IMG/VR virus record: IMGVR_UViG_3300017791_000077
Span: 6,058-70,057 of that record
DNA length: 64,000 nt
Reading direction: 5' to 3' (one strand)
Source: a virus
Taxonomy: Duplodnaviria > Caudoviricetes
The position numbers and the translations under genes were made by a program. The notes beneath the pieces are model-generated. The model had not been told where the DNA came from, made no database searches, and worked only from the letters and a program-made list of their open reading frames with translations. Positions 17,051 through 26,500 of this stretch are shown piece after piece. Numbering within the stretch: the first letter of the stretch is position 1; each line of letters opens with the position of its first letter.

Positions 17051-17289
17051 AGATCGCTGTCATTTACGACACCACGACCGGACTTATCACCGAAGTGCGC
17101 GGCCCATCGAGTGACGAAGAATGGTTCGCCTACCCCTTTATGCTCGACAACATTCCGCTCCTGCCGGGGACGGCCAAGCAAATCTACGACCGCTCGTTTT
17201 TCACCATGACCGACATCCCCACACTTCAGGCCGAGATCGACCGCTTGACCGGGCTTCGTCCCACCGCTCCAGATGGGATTACCTACTAA
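17047..17289 (+). CDS. Tail-fibre-assembly-like small protein (tentative)
   Basis: MKIAVIYDTTTGLITEV start; precedes the Gly-rich fibre gene. Confidence 0.55.
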   Translation: MKIAVIYDTTTGLITEVRGPSSDEEWFAYPFMLDNIPLLPGTAKQIYDRSFFTMTDIPTLQAEIDRLTGLRPTAPDGITY

Positions 17290-18257
17290 TGGCGTTCGCC
17301 TTCATTGTTAGTGGAACGAGCTGGGCGGGAGCCGCAACGGACGGTTCGAACATCACCGTCGAAGCCATTGGCGGCGGGGGAGGCGGATCAAGGGGCGGCG
17401 GTGCAAATGTCGGGCTGGGCGGCGGCGGCGGGGCCTATGCGACCAAATCTGTGGCCTATACGTCGAACTCGACTGTGAACGGCATCACGATTGGAGCTGG
17501 AGGCGGGGATGCGACTGCCGGCACGGACACAATCTGGAACACAAACGTCGTCATCGCCAAAGGCGGCGGCGCGCCGGCGGACAACGGCGGGACGGCGGGC
17601 GCAGGAGGCGCAGCCGCAAGCTGTACTCCCTCGACGGGCGCGTTCTCTGGTGGCAACGGAGGCGCGGTGGGTTCGAACACTGCGACTGGTGCCGGCGGCG
17701 GCGGTGCTGCGGGGCCGGCAGGGGCCGGATCAAACGGGGGCACCGGCGGCGGGAACGCCACGACGAATACCGGCGGAGGTGGTGGTGGGAACGGCGGCGG
17801 CAGCACGACAGCCGGCCAGAATGCCGGGGCGTCGGCGACCGGCGGAACAGCGAAGGACGGCACGGCCGGCGGGGCGACGGGTGTGCCGGGAGGCACCGGG
17901 ACCGCGGGAACCGCCGGCACGCACGGCGCTGGCGGCGGCGGCGGCGGCGACTCAACCACCGCCGGCGTGACGGGCGGCAAGGGCGGAGACGGCGGTACAG
18001 GCAATGAATGGGATGCGACTCATGGTTCCGGAGGCGGTGGCGGCGGCGGGGGCGCTCCTGGCGCTACTGGGACAGGCGGAGCGGGCGGCGCAGGCGGATT
18101 GTACGGCGGCGGAGGCGGCGGTGGTGGCGAACTTGCCGCTGGGACGAATTCAGGCACAGGCGGCACGGGCGGGAACGGAATTATCGTGGTGACATATACG
18201 CCGGGTGGTGGGGCGAGCCGGCAGCAGACGCTTACACTTTTGGGGATGGGGGCCTGA
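17289..18257 (+). CDS. Glycine-rich (polyglycine-II-like) fibre/spike protein
   Basis: TAATG start MAFAFIV; GGGGG/GG.G repeats; VEAIGGGGGG and GGNGIIVVTY caps. Confidence 0.8.
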   Translation: MAFAFIVSGTSWAGAATDGSNITVEAIGGGGGGSRGGGANVGLGGGGGAYATKSVAYTSNSTVNGITIGAGGGDATAGTDTIWNTNVVIAKGGGAPADNGGTAGAGGAAASCTPSTGAFSGGNGGAVGSNTATGAGGGGAAGPAGAGSNGGTGGGNATTNTGGGGGGNGGGSTTAGQNAGASATGGTAKDGTAGGATGVPGGTGTAGTAGTHGAGGGGGGDSTTAGVTGGKGGDGGTGNEWDATHGSGGGGGGGGAPGATGTGGAGGAGGLYGGGGGGGGELAAGTNSGTGGTGGNGIIVVTYTPGGGASRQQTLTLLGMGA

Positions 18258-19381
18258 TGTCGAATAACACGGTGTTGTCAACGAACGTCGGCACGGGCGA
18301 TACCATCAACTGCACCGATTGCACGACGTTCACTGCGATCTCGACGACCGGCAAAATCCCCGGCTCGCTGATCTTCACATCAACAGCAACAAACGTAGCG
18401 CCGGCCGCCGTCATCGACACACGGCCCCTTCCGGTTTGCGTTCGCAGTTCGACCGGCACGACGCTCGGCGACGCCACAACTCCGCTTCAGGTATCGCTGG
18501 CGAACACCGCGTCAAACTCCACAGCCGTTCACACGATCGTCGATTCCGGGACCGTAACGACCGTCTCGACAGTCACCGCGGTCACAACTGTTTCGACTGT
18601 CACGAGCCTTACCCAGTTCAATGGGAACGCGATCACCACGGGCAACGGTGTCTCAGGAACAGGCGCCCTGCGCGTCACGCTCGCCTCCGATTCGACGGGG
18701 CAGGTGGCGATTGCTTCAGGAACCGTGACAACCGTTTCGACGGTGACGAATCTGTCGCAGATGAACGGCGCGGCGATCGCCATGAACACGGGTGTCCGAG
18801 CGGCAGGCGTCCAGCGCGTGACGATCTGCACGGACGACATCGTTCCGGCCTCGCAGAGCGGGACATGGAACATCGGCACGGTGACAACGGTCACGACCTG
18901 CTCGACCGTCACTTCACTGACGCAGTTCAATGGCAACGCGATTACGACGGGGAACGGAGTCTCTGGGACAGGCGTGTTGCGGGTGACGCTGGCGAGCGAT
19001 TCGACTGGCACGCTGGGCGTCGTGGCGCAGACGACTGGAGGCGCGACCGCGGGGCACATCCTGTCGGCGGCGTCGAATAACGCCACGAACATCAAGGCGT
19101 CCGCCGGCACGCTGTACGGCGTCACGGTCATCAACACGACGGCGACGATTTACTACCTGAAGTTCTACAATGTCTCGGGCACTCCAGTCCCTGCTTCGGA
19201 TACCGTCGTGTGGAACATTCCCGTGCCAGCGAACACTTCCGGCGCGGGCGTCACCATCCCGATTCCGGCGTGCGGAATCGCGTTTGGGACGGGCATCGGA
19301 CTGGCCCTTGTGGCGAACCAGAGCGACACCGACAACACGAACGCGGCGACAGGCGTGACGATCAACTATGCCTATAAATAA
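18257..19381 (+). CDS. Thr/Ser/Val-rich repeat virion protein with C-terminal beta-sandwich
   Basis: Duplicated TVTTVSTVTSLTQFNGNAITTGNGVSGTG.LRVTLASDSTG; NIKASAGTLYGVTVIN...YYLKFYN. Confidence 0.8.
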   Translation: MSNNTVLSTNVGTGDTINCTDCTTFTAISTTGKIPGSLIFTSTATNVAPAAVIDTRPLPVCVRSSTGTTLGDATTPLQVSLANTASNSTAVHTIVDSGTVTTVSTVTAVTTVSTVTSLTQFNGNAITTGNGVSGTGALRVTLASDSTGQVAIASGTVTTVSTVTNLSQMNGAAIAMNTGVRAAGVQRVTICTDDIVPASQSGTWNIGTVTTVTTCSTVTSLTQFNGNAITTGNGVSGTGVLRVTLASDSTGTLGVVAQTTGGATAGHILSAASNNATNIKASAGTLYGVTVINTTATIYYLKFYNVSGTPVPASDTVVWNIPVPANTSGAGVTIPIPACGIAFGTGIGLALVANQSDTDNTNAATGVTINYAYK

Positions 19382-19631
19382 CGACGAGAATCCGATCCGC
19401 CTGCGATTTGTCGAGACCGTCACGACCAAGCTAGACGGCTCGCAGCAGACGACAGGCTCAGTGATCGACGCCGACAGCGGGCGCGCGATTGCGGGCTTTG
19501 TCGGGGCGACGACGCAACTCTCGGCATCAGGTCGCGTCTTGATGCTTCAGGTGGACCGCTTCGGCCACGAGGTCCGCGAGAAGAAAGAAGTCGTGAACGT
19601 GGCGGACGAAGAACCGGCAATATCAAACTAG
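19368..19631 (+). CDS. Hypothetical protein
   Basis: 87-aa ORF in operon. Confidence 0.65.
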   Translation: MPINNDENPIRLRFVETVTTKLDGSQQTTGSVIDADSGRAIAGFVGATTQLSASGRVLMLQVDRFGHEVREKKEVVNVADEEPAISN

Positions 19632-19640
19632 GAGATACAC

Positions 19641-19874
19641 ATGTCAGAGGCAGTCAAGGAACCCACCGCAGAAGAAGCCGAAGTCGCGAGTCGCACGGTG
19701 CAGTCGGACGCGATTGAAGCCTGCTATCAGAACGTCCACCGGCTCTACCAGCAGATTACGCTCCTGCACCAGTCGCGCAATTCGGCCGAGCAGGAACATC
19801 TCGACGCCATCAAAAGCACGGCGAAGGTTCTCCGCGCTGCTGCCGACAAGAGTTGCGAAGCCGCAGGAATGTGA
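19641..19874 (+). CDS. Hypothetical helical protein
   Basis: RBS AGGAGA. Confidence 0.7.
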   Translation: MSEAVKEPTAEEAEVASRTVQSDAIEACYQNVHRLYQQITLLHQSRNSAEQEHLDAIKSTAKVLRAAADKSCEAAGM

Positions 19875-20041
19875 TGGGCGCAATAATCCTTCTGTTCTTC
19901 AACGGCGGCGGTCCCGTGGCGACATCGCTCACCTCCGGTCCATTCTACATCCCCGCCTCCACGCAGACCGTAGACACGTACCGCTCACGAGTCGAGACGG
20001 TTGACACGTATCGCAGTTCGACGGATGATCGGACGCAATGA
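19874..20041 (+). CDS. Small hypothetical protein with TVDTYRS duplication
   Basis: TGATG coupling. Confidence 0.55.
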   Translation: MGAIILLFFNGGGPVATSLTSGPFYIPASTQTVDTYRSRVETVDTYRSSTDDRTQ

Positions 20042-20445
20042 CCATGAACGAATGCCCGACGTGCCATCGTGACCGCAAGCCGACAGACGAATCGTGCTGG
20101 TGGTGCGGGATGCAGTACATGGCTGAATCGCCCAGCGAGCCGGCTGTCTCGGCGCAGTGGAAGGAGTGGTATAAGATCGTGGCGGCCGCGCAAGCGAAGA
20201 TTGTGGCCGAACAGCAGCGATGGAAGGACTCAATCAAGGTGACGGCAGATGTGCCCATCAGGCTCCCGCAGCATCCTCCAGAGATGCCAGCAGGGACTTA
20301 TTTCCGCCGCGTTGGAGCCAACGAGGCGCATACGCTAAACAGCGAAGGATACACGCTAGTCGCCTACGATCCGCTGCACCTCATTTACACATGGGCGAAG
20401 GTGCCGGACAAAACGGTTGTCAACGGAATCGCCTATTACACATGA
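20038..20445 (+). CDS. Hypothetical protein with N-terminal Zn finger
   Basis: CPTC...CWWC. Confidence 0.7.
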   Translation: MTMNECPTCHRDRKPTDESCWWCGMQYMAESPSEPAVSAQWKEWYKIVAAAQAKIVAEQQRWKDSIKVTADVPIRLPQHPPEMPAGTYFRRVGANEAHTLNSEGYTLVAYDPLHLIYTWAKVPDKTVVNGIAYYT

Positions 20446-20864
20446 GCCAGACGCGCCGTTCATTCTTCGGGAGCCTTGCGGCATTCGTGGCTGCGCCGCT
20501 GGCGTGGCGTCCGAAGTTCATTCTCGGCGGACAGCGCGCCGCAAAGACGCTTTCGAGCGCGACTGCGACCACTGCATCGACGGTGGCAGAACTCTTACCT
20601 CCGACAGCGGTGATATGGCAGGGCAGCCTGGAGCGGGTCGTGGATCTGGCGGGCGCGTTCCCGGAAGTTCACGAGATCATTGTCGGGGAGAGCTATTTTT
20701 CAGGCGGACCGCCTGATTTCCGAGACGGTCATCTTCTTGTCCGCGGCGAGCGGTACGACTTTGCTGGCTACGACATCACGAATCGCAGAGTCAGGTTCCG
20801 GCGTGCTGCTTCTTCTTCCGCTCAGACGAACCTCCGTTGCGTTCCCCGTGTCGCAGATGTATAA
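20442..20864 (+). CDS. Twin-arginine (Tat) signal-containing protein
   Basis: MSQTRRSFFGSLAAFVAAPLA. Confidence 0.7.
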   Translation: MSQTRRSFFGSLAAFVAAPLAWRPKFILGGQRAAKTLSSATATTASTVAELLPPTAVIWQGSLERVVDLAGAFPEVHEIIVGESYFSGGPPDFRDGHLLVRGERYDFAGYDITNRRVRFRRAASSSAQTNLRCVPRVADV

Positions 20865-20873
20865 ATCGTATTG

Positions 20874-20967
20874 AGGATTTCGAGAGTCGCTGTGGTGTAG
20901 ATTAGAGTTACTTCTTGCTAAAGAAAAGACACTCTAGTCGCCGTTTCCCAGCGTCTCTCGAAATCTT
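20874..20967 (+). ncRNA. Y-RNA/YrlA-like structured RNA upstream of Ro60
   Basis: 13-bp AGGATTTCGAGAG/CTCTCGAAATCTT plus CGCTG/CAGCG terminal stem; GATTAGAGT/ACTCTAGTC; TTCTT-GCTA-AAGAA; adjacent to TROVE gene. Confidence 0.6.
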
Positions 20968-20988
20968 CTTGCCTTTCAGGAGATGGCA

Positions 20989-22362
20989 ATGGTCGCGGTC
21001 AATAAAAGGGCCACGTCTCGCTCTGAGGAGCGTCTGGCCGGCGGATTCGGGAACCTCGCAGCGAAGCAGGACGCCGAAGCTCATCTTCGCCGATGCGTAC
21101 TGACTTGCCTGTTGTGGGAAGACAACGCCTACATCGACGGCGTGTCGGTCGCGCAGGACATTGCTGCTCTGATCCCCAGCGTGCCGCCGCAGACGGTCTC
21201 AGAAATTGCCGTGGAAGCGCGCTACGAACAGAAGCTCCGGCATGTTCCGCTGTTCATCTGCCGTGAAATGGCGCGGCACGAGAGCCACAAGCATCTCGTC
21301 GCCACCACCCTGTCAGAAGTCATCAACCGTCCCGACGAGATGACCGAGTTTGTTTCGCTCTACTGGAAGGACGGCAAGCAGCCGCTGTCCGCGCAGGCGA
21401 AGCGGGGGCTGGCCGATGCGTTCGTGAAGTTCAACGAATACCAGTTAGCGAAATACAACCGGAAGAAAGACGTGTCGCTGAGGGACGTTCTGCGGCTCTG
21501 CCATCCGAAGCCGAAGGACGCCGCGCAGGCCGACCTGTGGAAGCGGCTGCTGACGGACAAGCTCGACGTGCCCGATACGTGGGAGGTCGGGATTTCTGCG
21601 GCCAAGTCGGATCAGGAAAAGAAGGCAGTCTGGGAGCGGCTGATCGAGACGAAGAAGCTCGGCGCGTTCGCGTTCCTGAAGAACCTGCGCAACATGATTG
21701 CGACTGACGTGACGCCTTCCGTGATCCGCGAGGGGCTGCTGAATCTCAACAAAGAAATGCTGCTGCCGATCGACTTCCTGAAGGCCGAGAAGTACGCCTC
21801 CGACTACTCACGGGAGCTTGAGCGGGCGATGCTCGACTGCACCGCTCAGTGGGACAAGCTGCCGGGCAAGACGGTTCTGATCGTTGACGTTTCCGGTTCG
21901 ATGGGAACCAAGCTGTCCAGCAAAGCGGAGTTCTCGCGGATGGATGCGGCGGCGGCGATGGCGGTGCTCACCGCCGAGATTTGCGAGTCTGTGTCGATCT
22001 ATGCGACGGCCGGCAGCGACTGGAAACGAGAGCACCAGACGGCAAAGGTGCGGCCGTACCACGGATTCGCGCTCTCGAAGGAAATTCTAGACCATGCTCG
22101 CGCGCTTGGCGGCGGCGGAATCTTCACCCGTCAGTGCCTCGAATATGTCAGGGAGCAGGAGCAAGAAACCCCGGATCGAATCATCGTCTTCAGCGATAGC
22201 CAGGACTGCGATCTCAAGGGCACTCTGCCGCAACCGTTCGGGCACCGCAACTACATCGTGGACATCTCAAGCCACCGCAACGGCGTAAATTACAAAGGCG
22301 TGTGGAGCGCTGAGATTTCCGGCTGGTCGGAGCGGTTCCTGAATTTTATTGCGCACCAATAG
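20989..22362 (+). CDS. rsr: Ro60/TROVE-domain ribonucleoprotein (TROVE plus vWA)
   Basis: LRRCVLTCLLWED, EYQLAKYNR, LRDVLRLCHPKP, DTWEV..S, LKNLRNM, vWA MIDAS DVSGSM, IVFSDSQ; AGGAG is 6 nt before ATG 20989. Confidence 0.92.
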   Translation: MVAVNKRATSRSEERLAGGFGNLAAKQDAEAHLRRCVLTCLLWEDNAYIDGVSVAQDIAALIPSVPPQTVSEIAVEARYEQKLRHVPLFICREMARHESHKHLVATTLSEVINRPDEMTEFVSLYWKDGKQPLSAQAKRGLADAFVKFNEYQLAKYNRKKDVSLRDVLRLCHPKPKDAAQADLWKRLLTDKLDVPDTWEVGISAAKSDQEKKAVWERLIETKKLGAFAFLKNLRNMIATDVTPSVIREGLLNLNKEMLLPIDFLKAEKYASDYSRELERAMLDCTAQWDKLPGKTVLIVDVSGSMGTKLSSKAEFSRMDAAAAMAVLTAEICESVSIYATAGSDWKREHQTAKVRPYHGFALSKEILDHARALGGGGIFTRQCLEYVREQEQETPDRIIVFSDSQDCDLKGTLPQPFGHRNYIVDISSHRNGVNYKGVWSAEISGWSERFLNFIAHQ

Positions 22363-25300
22363 GTCGCTTCTTCCTCCGCTTCGCCTCTTCCGCAGCGCGT
22401 TTCTTGATCGCCATCAGGGCTTGCATGCGCTTCCGCGTTATCTCGTCGATCTCCAGCGGCAAGCCCGTCCTTTGGTCCTTCTTGACGTACACGTCGGTCG
22501 ATGAGCCGATGTTCGGATCTTCGCGCAGAAGCTCTTGAAGCATCTTCGATTCGGCCATTCGCTGCTGACGTTCCATTCCGCCAGACGTGTCGCTGATTCG
22601 CAGCCCGGTTCCGAGATTCAGCGCAGTGACCCACGGTTCCTTGCGCCCCCCGAACAGCTTCATGTCTTCCAATTGCCGCTCTGACGTGGCGAGACGTGCG
22701 CCCGGCGAGTTGTGGATGATCTGGTTCAGGAGCACGTTCTTGGTCGGATGCTGGAACGACTCTTCAACCGGACGCCCCGTGAACGTGTTGATGCCTGTGG
22801 CTGTTTCGAGCGGGCCTTTCACGAGCGGGTTCGTCTGCGAGATGAACTTCTGCCCGGTGCGCTTCACGGTGCCCAGTGCTGTCGGGCCTTTGACGAACAG
22901 ATCCGCGAACTGATCCGTGGGCAATCCGAGTCCCGAGAGGTAGCGGTCGCCGCCCAAGTTGACCGACATGCCTTCCCCGACGTAGGGAGGCACGAATTCG
23001 TCTTTGGAGCGGCCGGTGTTCGAGGCGCGGATCGTTTGGGCTGTGACGCCGCCGGGACGCTCCGCGACTTGCTGGAGCATGACGGGGATGATTTTCCGTT
23101 GCCACGTGTAGAACGGGACCAGTCGCTTCATAACCTCTTTTTCGAACGGGGCGAGTTCATCATACGAGACTTGAAGCTGCCGCACTTTAGCAGCGGCCTC
23201 TTCCGCCCCCATTCCGAGCTTCTTTCGGAGGTAAAGATACATCGGCACGCGGTTCATAAACTCGACCTGCCGGTTCAACTCTCCACCGATCTGCGCCGGC
23301 GTGGCGAGTGCGGTCACAGCGGCTTTCACCGGCTTGGAGCGCGCGACTCGCGTATCAGCGAGCAACCCCGGCCCGAGTCCGAAACCTTCCTCTTTCGCTT
23401 TGGCAAATCCGCCCTTCACGTTCTGCAACATGCCGGCAGGAGTCAACGGGTTGGGCGTGTTCTTCAGCGACCATCCGAGTTCCGTTCCGAGGGCACCGAT
23501 GTCGGTCTGGTCATAGACGCGGTGGGCGGCCAGTTCTTCCAGCAGGTCACGGAACGATCCGGGATTCTTCAGCATCTGATGCGCGTCGCGGACGGCCTGC
23601 ACGTACGCGCCCAAGTGCTTGATGTCGGGGATCTCGTTCGAGGCGATGTTCATCCACTGGCCGCTCGCCAGGTTCCGCGCAGCGAATGCAGGCCACGGCA
23701 GCGTGACGTTCTGCTTGAACCACTTCGTCATGCCGTCAACGTGATCCAGCGTGGCTTTCAGCCATTCCGGCTTCTGGCTCTTTTTGGTCATCGCGAGCAC
23801 GGCGTTCGCCACGTCCGGCGCGACTCCCATGCCCTGCGGGACAGCGCCGAAGCGTTTAGCGAATCCCTCCATCGCCGTCTGTGGATTCATGCCGGCGTCT
23901 TTGAACAGGGTCGCCAGATCGACGCCTCCAGGCACGAGAGAGTTCTTGATCGTCTCGTGAGTCGCCCGCATTCTCCCGACGCTGCTCGCAAGTTCTGTCC
24001 CGTATTTGTAGGCGTCGTGGGAAAACTGACCGTACAGTTCGTTGCCGGTTTTATTGAAGAACTGAACGGCCTTGTTGCGCGAGATGAGGTGTTCAGCGAG
24101 GTCGTGGCCGAACTGAAGCGGCGTCTCGGCGGTGCCTTTCAGCGTCTCGGCGGCAGTCAGCGCTGCCTCTTTCGCGGCTGCATCCGCTTTGCGAAGCTGC
24201 GGCCCGAGCTTGCGTTTCATGCCGGGGTTGGCCGCCAGAGATTCCTGCAACTGCGTGAACTTCGCAATCGCCTCGTCGGCCGCTGCCTTCGTGCGCGTGA
24301 TCGCTTCCCCGTGTCGGGATTCGGCGGCCGTCTTCAGGAACGACCCGTACTCGTTGGCGAGGTGCTGCGCCAGATGCGGCACAACGTCGCCACCCTTAGC
24401 AGCCTCTTTGGTCATCAAGGCTACAGTCGGATCTCGATACACGTCGCTGATGATCGTCTCGGGCAGGAACTTCGTCGGCACGACGCGGGCTTTGGCGCTA
24501 TCGACGGTCCCGCGGTAGGCGTGCGTTTCGATCGCCTCCTGTCCTTTCGGGTGCATGTACCGCGGGGCGTGCTTCATGCTCTCGGTCTGGTGCATCGCGG
24601 CTGAGTTGCCGCCGAGATCGAGGAATTCGTTCCAGAGATTGTCCGTCGTCGCGCCCCAATCGCTGACTGCTTTCTGGAGCGCTTCCGCTGTCTGCCCGTG
24701 ATACGGCAGTTGATGGCGCGCAAAAGCGTGTGTCGGCTTCATGCCCTCCGCTGTGGCTCGTGCGACCTTCTCGAACGTCTGGGGAAGGTTCTCAGGGATC
24801 GGGATGCTGTCCTTGCCGAACGTCGTGGCGTAGGCGTTGCGGATGTCTTCCAGACTGCCGGCCAGCTTCGACCAGTCTTTGATCGCTTCCGGGCGGGCGA
24901 CTGCCTGTGCGGCCGTCTGTGCCTCCCCGAGCTTCTGCCCGGCAGCGCTGAGCTGCCCCTTCACCCGGTAGTCGAACAGCGCCTTCCGCCCCCGGTTCAG
25001 CGCCTCCATCCCCGGAATCGCCATCAGGGCTTTGCCGGGAGCTTCCGCGATCTTCAGAGCCGTGGCAGACTTGGCAATCTCGGGGACGTATTTCCCGCTC
25101 ACTCCCAGAAGCCCTAGCGGCCCCGTGGTGAGGCCGAAAGCCGCTTTGGCACCCTTCCCTGCTTTGGCGACGTATTTGCCCGCTGCAAGCGGTCCCAGGA
25201 GGTATGAGAGGGGGTCTGTCGCCACCTCGACGCCGAATCCTGCCACGTCCCCCAGCGCGTCTGGCAGGTCCGCGAATCCCGGCTTGTTCTTCGCCAGTCC

Positions 25301-25615
25301 CGCGTGCTGCTCCAGCAAGTCGCGTCCCGACACGGATTCCGCTGGATCGGTGAGGCCCATCGCGTCGGAGAACGGAATCAGGTTCGCCAGTTCCTTCGGC
25401 TTGCCGGCCAATAGCCCGCGGAAGGCGCGGCCGGGCTTGTCGAGTGTTTCCCCCAGGTACTGGAGGCCGCTCGTGCCGGTCGAGAGCACGTCAGAGAGGA
25501 GCGACTTTTCTTCGGCGGGGTCGAGCGGCGGGAAGGCGGCTTTGCGCTTCTGGCCGGGGATGCGCGGCATCCGCAGGCGGCGGTGGATTTCCGCTTCAGG
25601 ATCGAAGTCGAACAT
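22346..25615 (-). CDS. Large internal virion / DNA-ejection protein (large polyvalent-type C-terminal region)
   Basis: 1089 aa, Ala/Lys-rich helical; AARNLASG, VPFYTWQRK motifs; last gene of the tail module. Confidence 0.7.
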   Translation of the reverse strand: MFDFDPEAEIHRRLRMPRIPGQKRKAAFPPLDPAEEKSLLSDVLSTGTSGLQYLGETLDKPGRAFRGLLAGKPKELANLIPFSDAMGLTDPAESVSGRDLLEQHAGLAKNKPGFADLPDALGDVAGFGVEVATDPLSYLLGPLAAGKYVAKAGKGAKAAFGLTTGPLGLLGVSGKYVPEIAKSATALKIAEAPGKALMAIPGMEALNRGRKALFDYRVKGQLSAAGQKLGEAQTAAQAVARPEAIKDWSKLAGSLEDIRNAYATTFGKDSIPIPENLPQTFEKVARATAEGMKPTHAFARHQLPYHGQTAEALQKAVSDWGATTDNLWNEFLDLGGNSAAMHQTESMKHAPRYMHPKGQEAIETHAYRGTVDSAKARVVPTKFLPETIISDVYRDPTVALMTKEAAKGGDVVPHLAQHLANEYGSFLKTAAESRHGEAITRTKAAADEAIAKFTQLQESLAANPGMKRKLGPQLRKADAAAKEAALTAAETLKGTAETPLQFGHDLAEHLISRNKAVQFFNKTGNELYGQFSHDAYKYGTELASSVGRMRATHETIKNSLVPGGVDLATLFKDAGMNPQTAMEGFAKRFGAVPQGMGVAPDVANAVLAMTKKSQKPEWLKATLDHVDGMTKWFKQNVTLPWPAFAARNLASGQWMNIASNEIPDIKHLGAYVQAVRDAHQMLKNPGSFRDLLEELAAHRVYDQTDIGALGTELGWSLKNTPNPLTPAGMLQNVKGGFAKAKEEGFGLGPGLLADTRVARSKPVKAAVTALATPAQIGGELNRQVEFMNRVPMYLYLRKKLGMGAEEAAAKVRQLQVSYDELAPFEKEVMKRLVPFYTWQRKIIPVMLQQVAERPGGVTAQTIRASNTGRSKDEFVPPYVGEGMSVNLGGDRYLSGLGLPTDQFADLFVKGPTALGTVKRTGQKFISQTNPLVKGPLETATGINTFTGRPVEESFQHPTKNVLLNQIIHNSPGARLATSERQLEDMKLFGGRKEPWVTALNLGTGLRISDTSGGMERQQRMAESKMLQELLREDPNIGSSTDVYVKKDQRTGLPLEIDEITRKRMQALMAIKKRAAEEAKRRKKRPIGAQ

Positions 25616-26490
25616 CAGTAGGGACCGCCGAAGGCTCCGGCCGGCAACTTGCTTCGCTCAAGGAATTTCAGGAACCGGGCGATCGGGTTCTCGCTCATGT
25701 CGCCTGTCGCCGCCCCGCTATACGGGTTCATCGACATCGGGCCACCGCCGGCGGGGTGCCGCACGACTCCCGGCGCGATCTGGACGCTTCCCGGAGGCAA
25801 CTGAGCAGGCGGCGCGCCCGGAGGCGCGGCCTGTCCGCCCTGATCCTGTGTCATCTGCTGGCGGATCGCGTCGGCCATCGCATTGTGGTAATTCGCCTGT
25901 GCGGATTGTGCGGGATTGGCGCCGTGCATGGCCTGCATGAGAGCCACCTGCGGGGCGACCTGCGTCATGTTGATGGCGTTCATTGCGGCCAGTCGCCGTG
26001 CAAACCGCGCGTCGTTCTGGCTCTGGCGAGTCGGCCGCTGGATGCCCTTGCTCGCCATGTCTGCGGCACGGGCACGAGCAGCTTCCGGTTGTGTCTGGCC
26101 GTTGGCGTCTTTGGAGTTTCGGCGGTTCTCGTAGTTCTCCTTCATCAACTCCCGCATCCGCAGCACCATGCCGGGATCGCCCGATGAAGTAACGGTCGAG
26201 CGCCCCTGGTCGCCGTGCCGGTTGCCGCCCGTGAGTTTCATCTTGCCCATCTCGGCTTTGCGGGCCACATCGAAAGCCGTGTCGCCTTCCGGTGCCGGAC
26301 CTGCCGGCAACTGGTTCAGCACCACGCCGTTCCCGCCTGCGCCGAAGCGCTGGTAGTCGTTCATTTTCGCTGCTGCGATTCGTGCCGCCAGTTGCCCCTG
26401 ATCGGGAGACGCGGGCATGTCGAATTGCGCGTTGGCGTTGCGGGCGAGCTGCCGCAGGATTTCACGACGGCGGATTTCTTCAGGAGTCAT
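25615..26490 (-). CDS. Putative ejection (internal virion) protein, Gln/Ala/Gly-rich
   Basis: Position and composition. Confidence 0.65.
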   Translation of the reverse strand: MTPEEIRRREILRQLARNANAQFDMPASPDQGQLAARIAAAKMNDYQRFGAGGNGVVLNQLPAGPAPEGDTAFDVARKAEMGKMKLTGGNRHGDQGRSTVTSSGDPGMVLRMRELMKENYENRRNSKDANGQTQPEAARARAADMASKGIQRPTRQSQNDARFARRLAAMNAINMTQVAPQVALMQAMHGANPAQSAQANYHNAMADAIRQQMTQDQGGQAAPPGAPPAQLPPGSVQIAPGVVRHPAGGGPMSMNPYSGAATGDMSENPIARFLKFLERSKLPAGAFGGPY

Positions 26491-26500
26491 TCAATTCACC

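Noticed and set aside
10538-22362. Canonical endolysin
   Set aside because: No lysozyme, amidase or M15/M23/CHAP motif recognised by eye; a divergent one cannot be excluded
22712-24604. 630-aa + strand ORF (also 31194-32513, 34563-35471, 42697-43755)
   Set aside because: Shadow ORFs opposite well-supported structural genes
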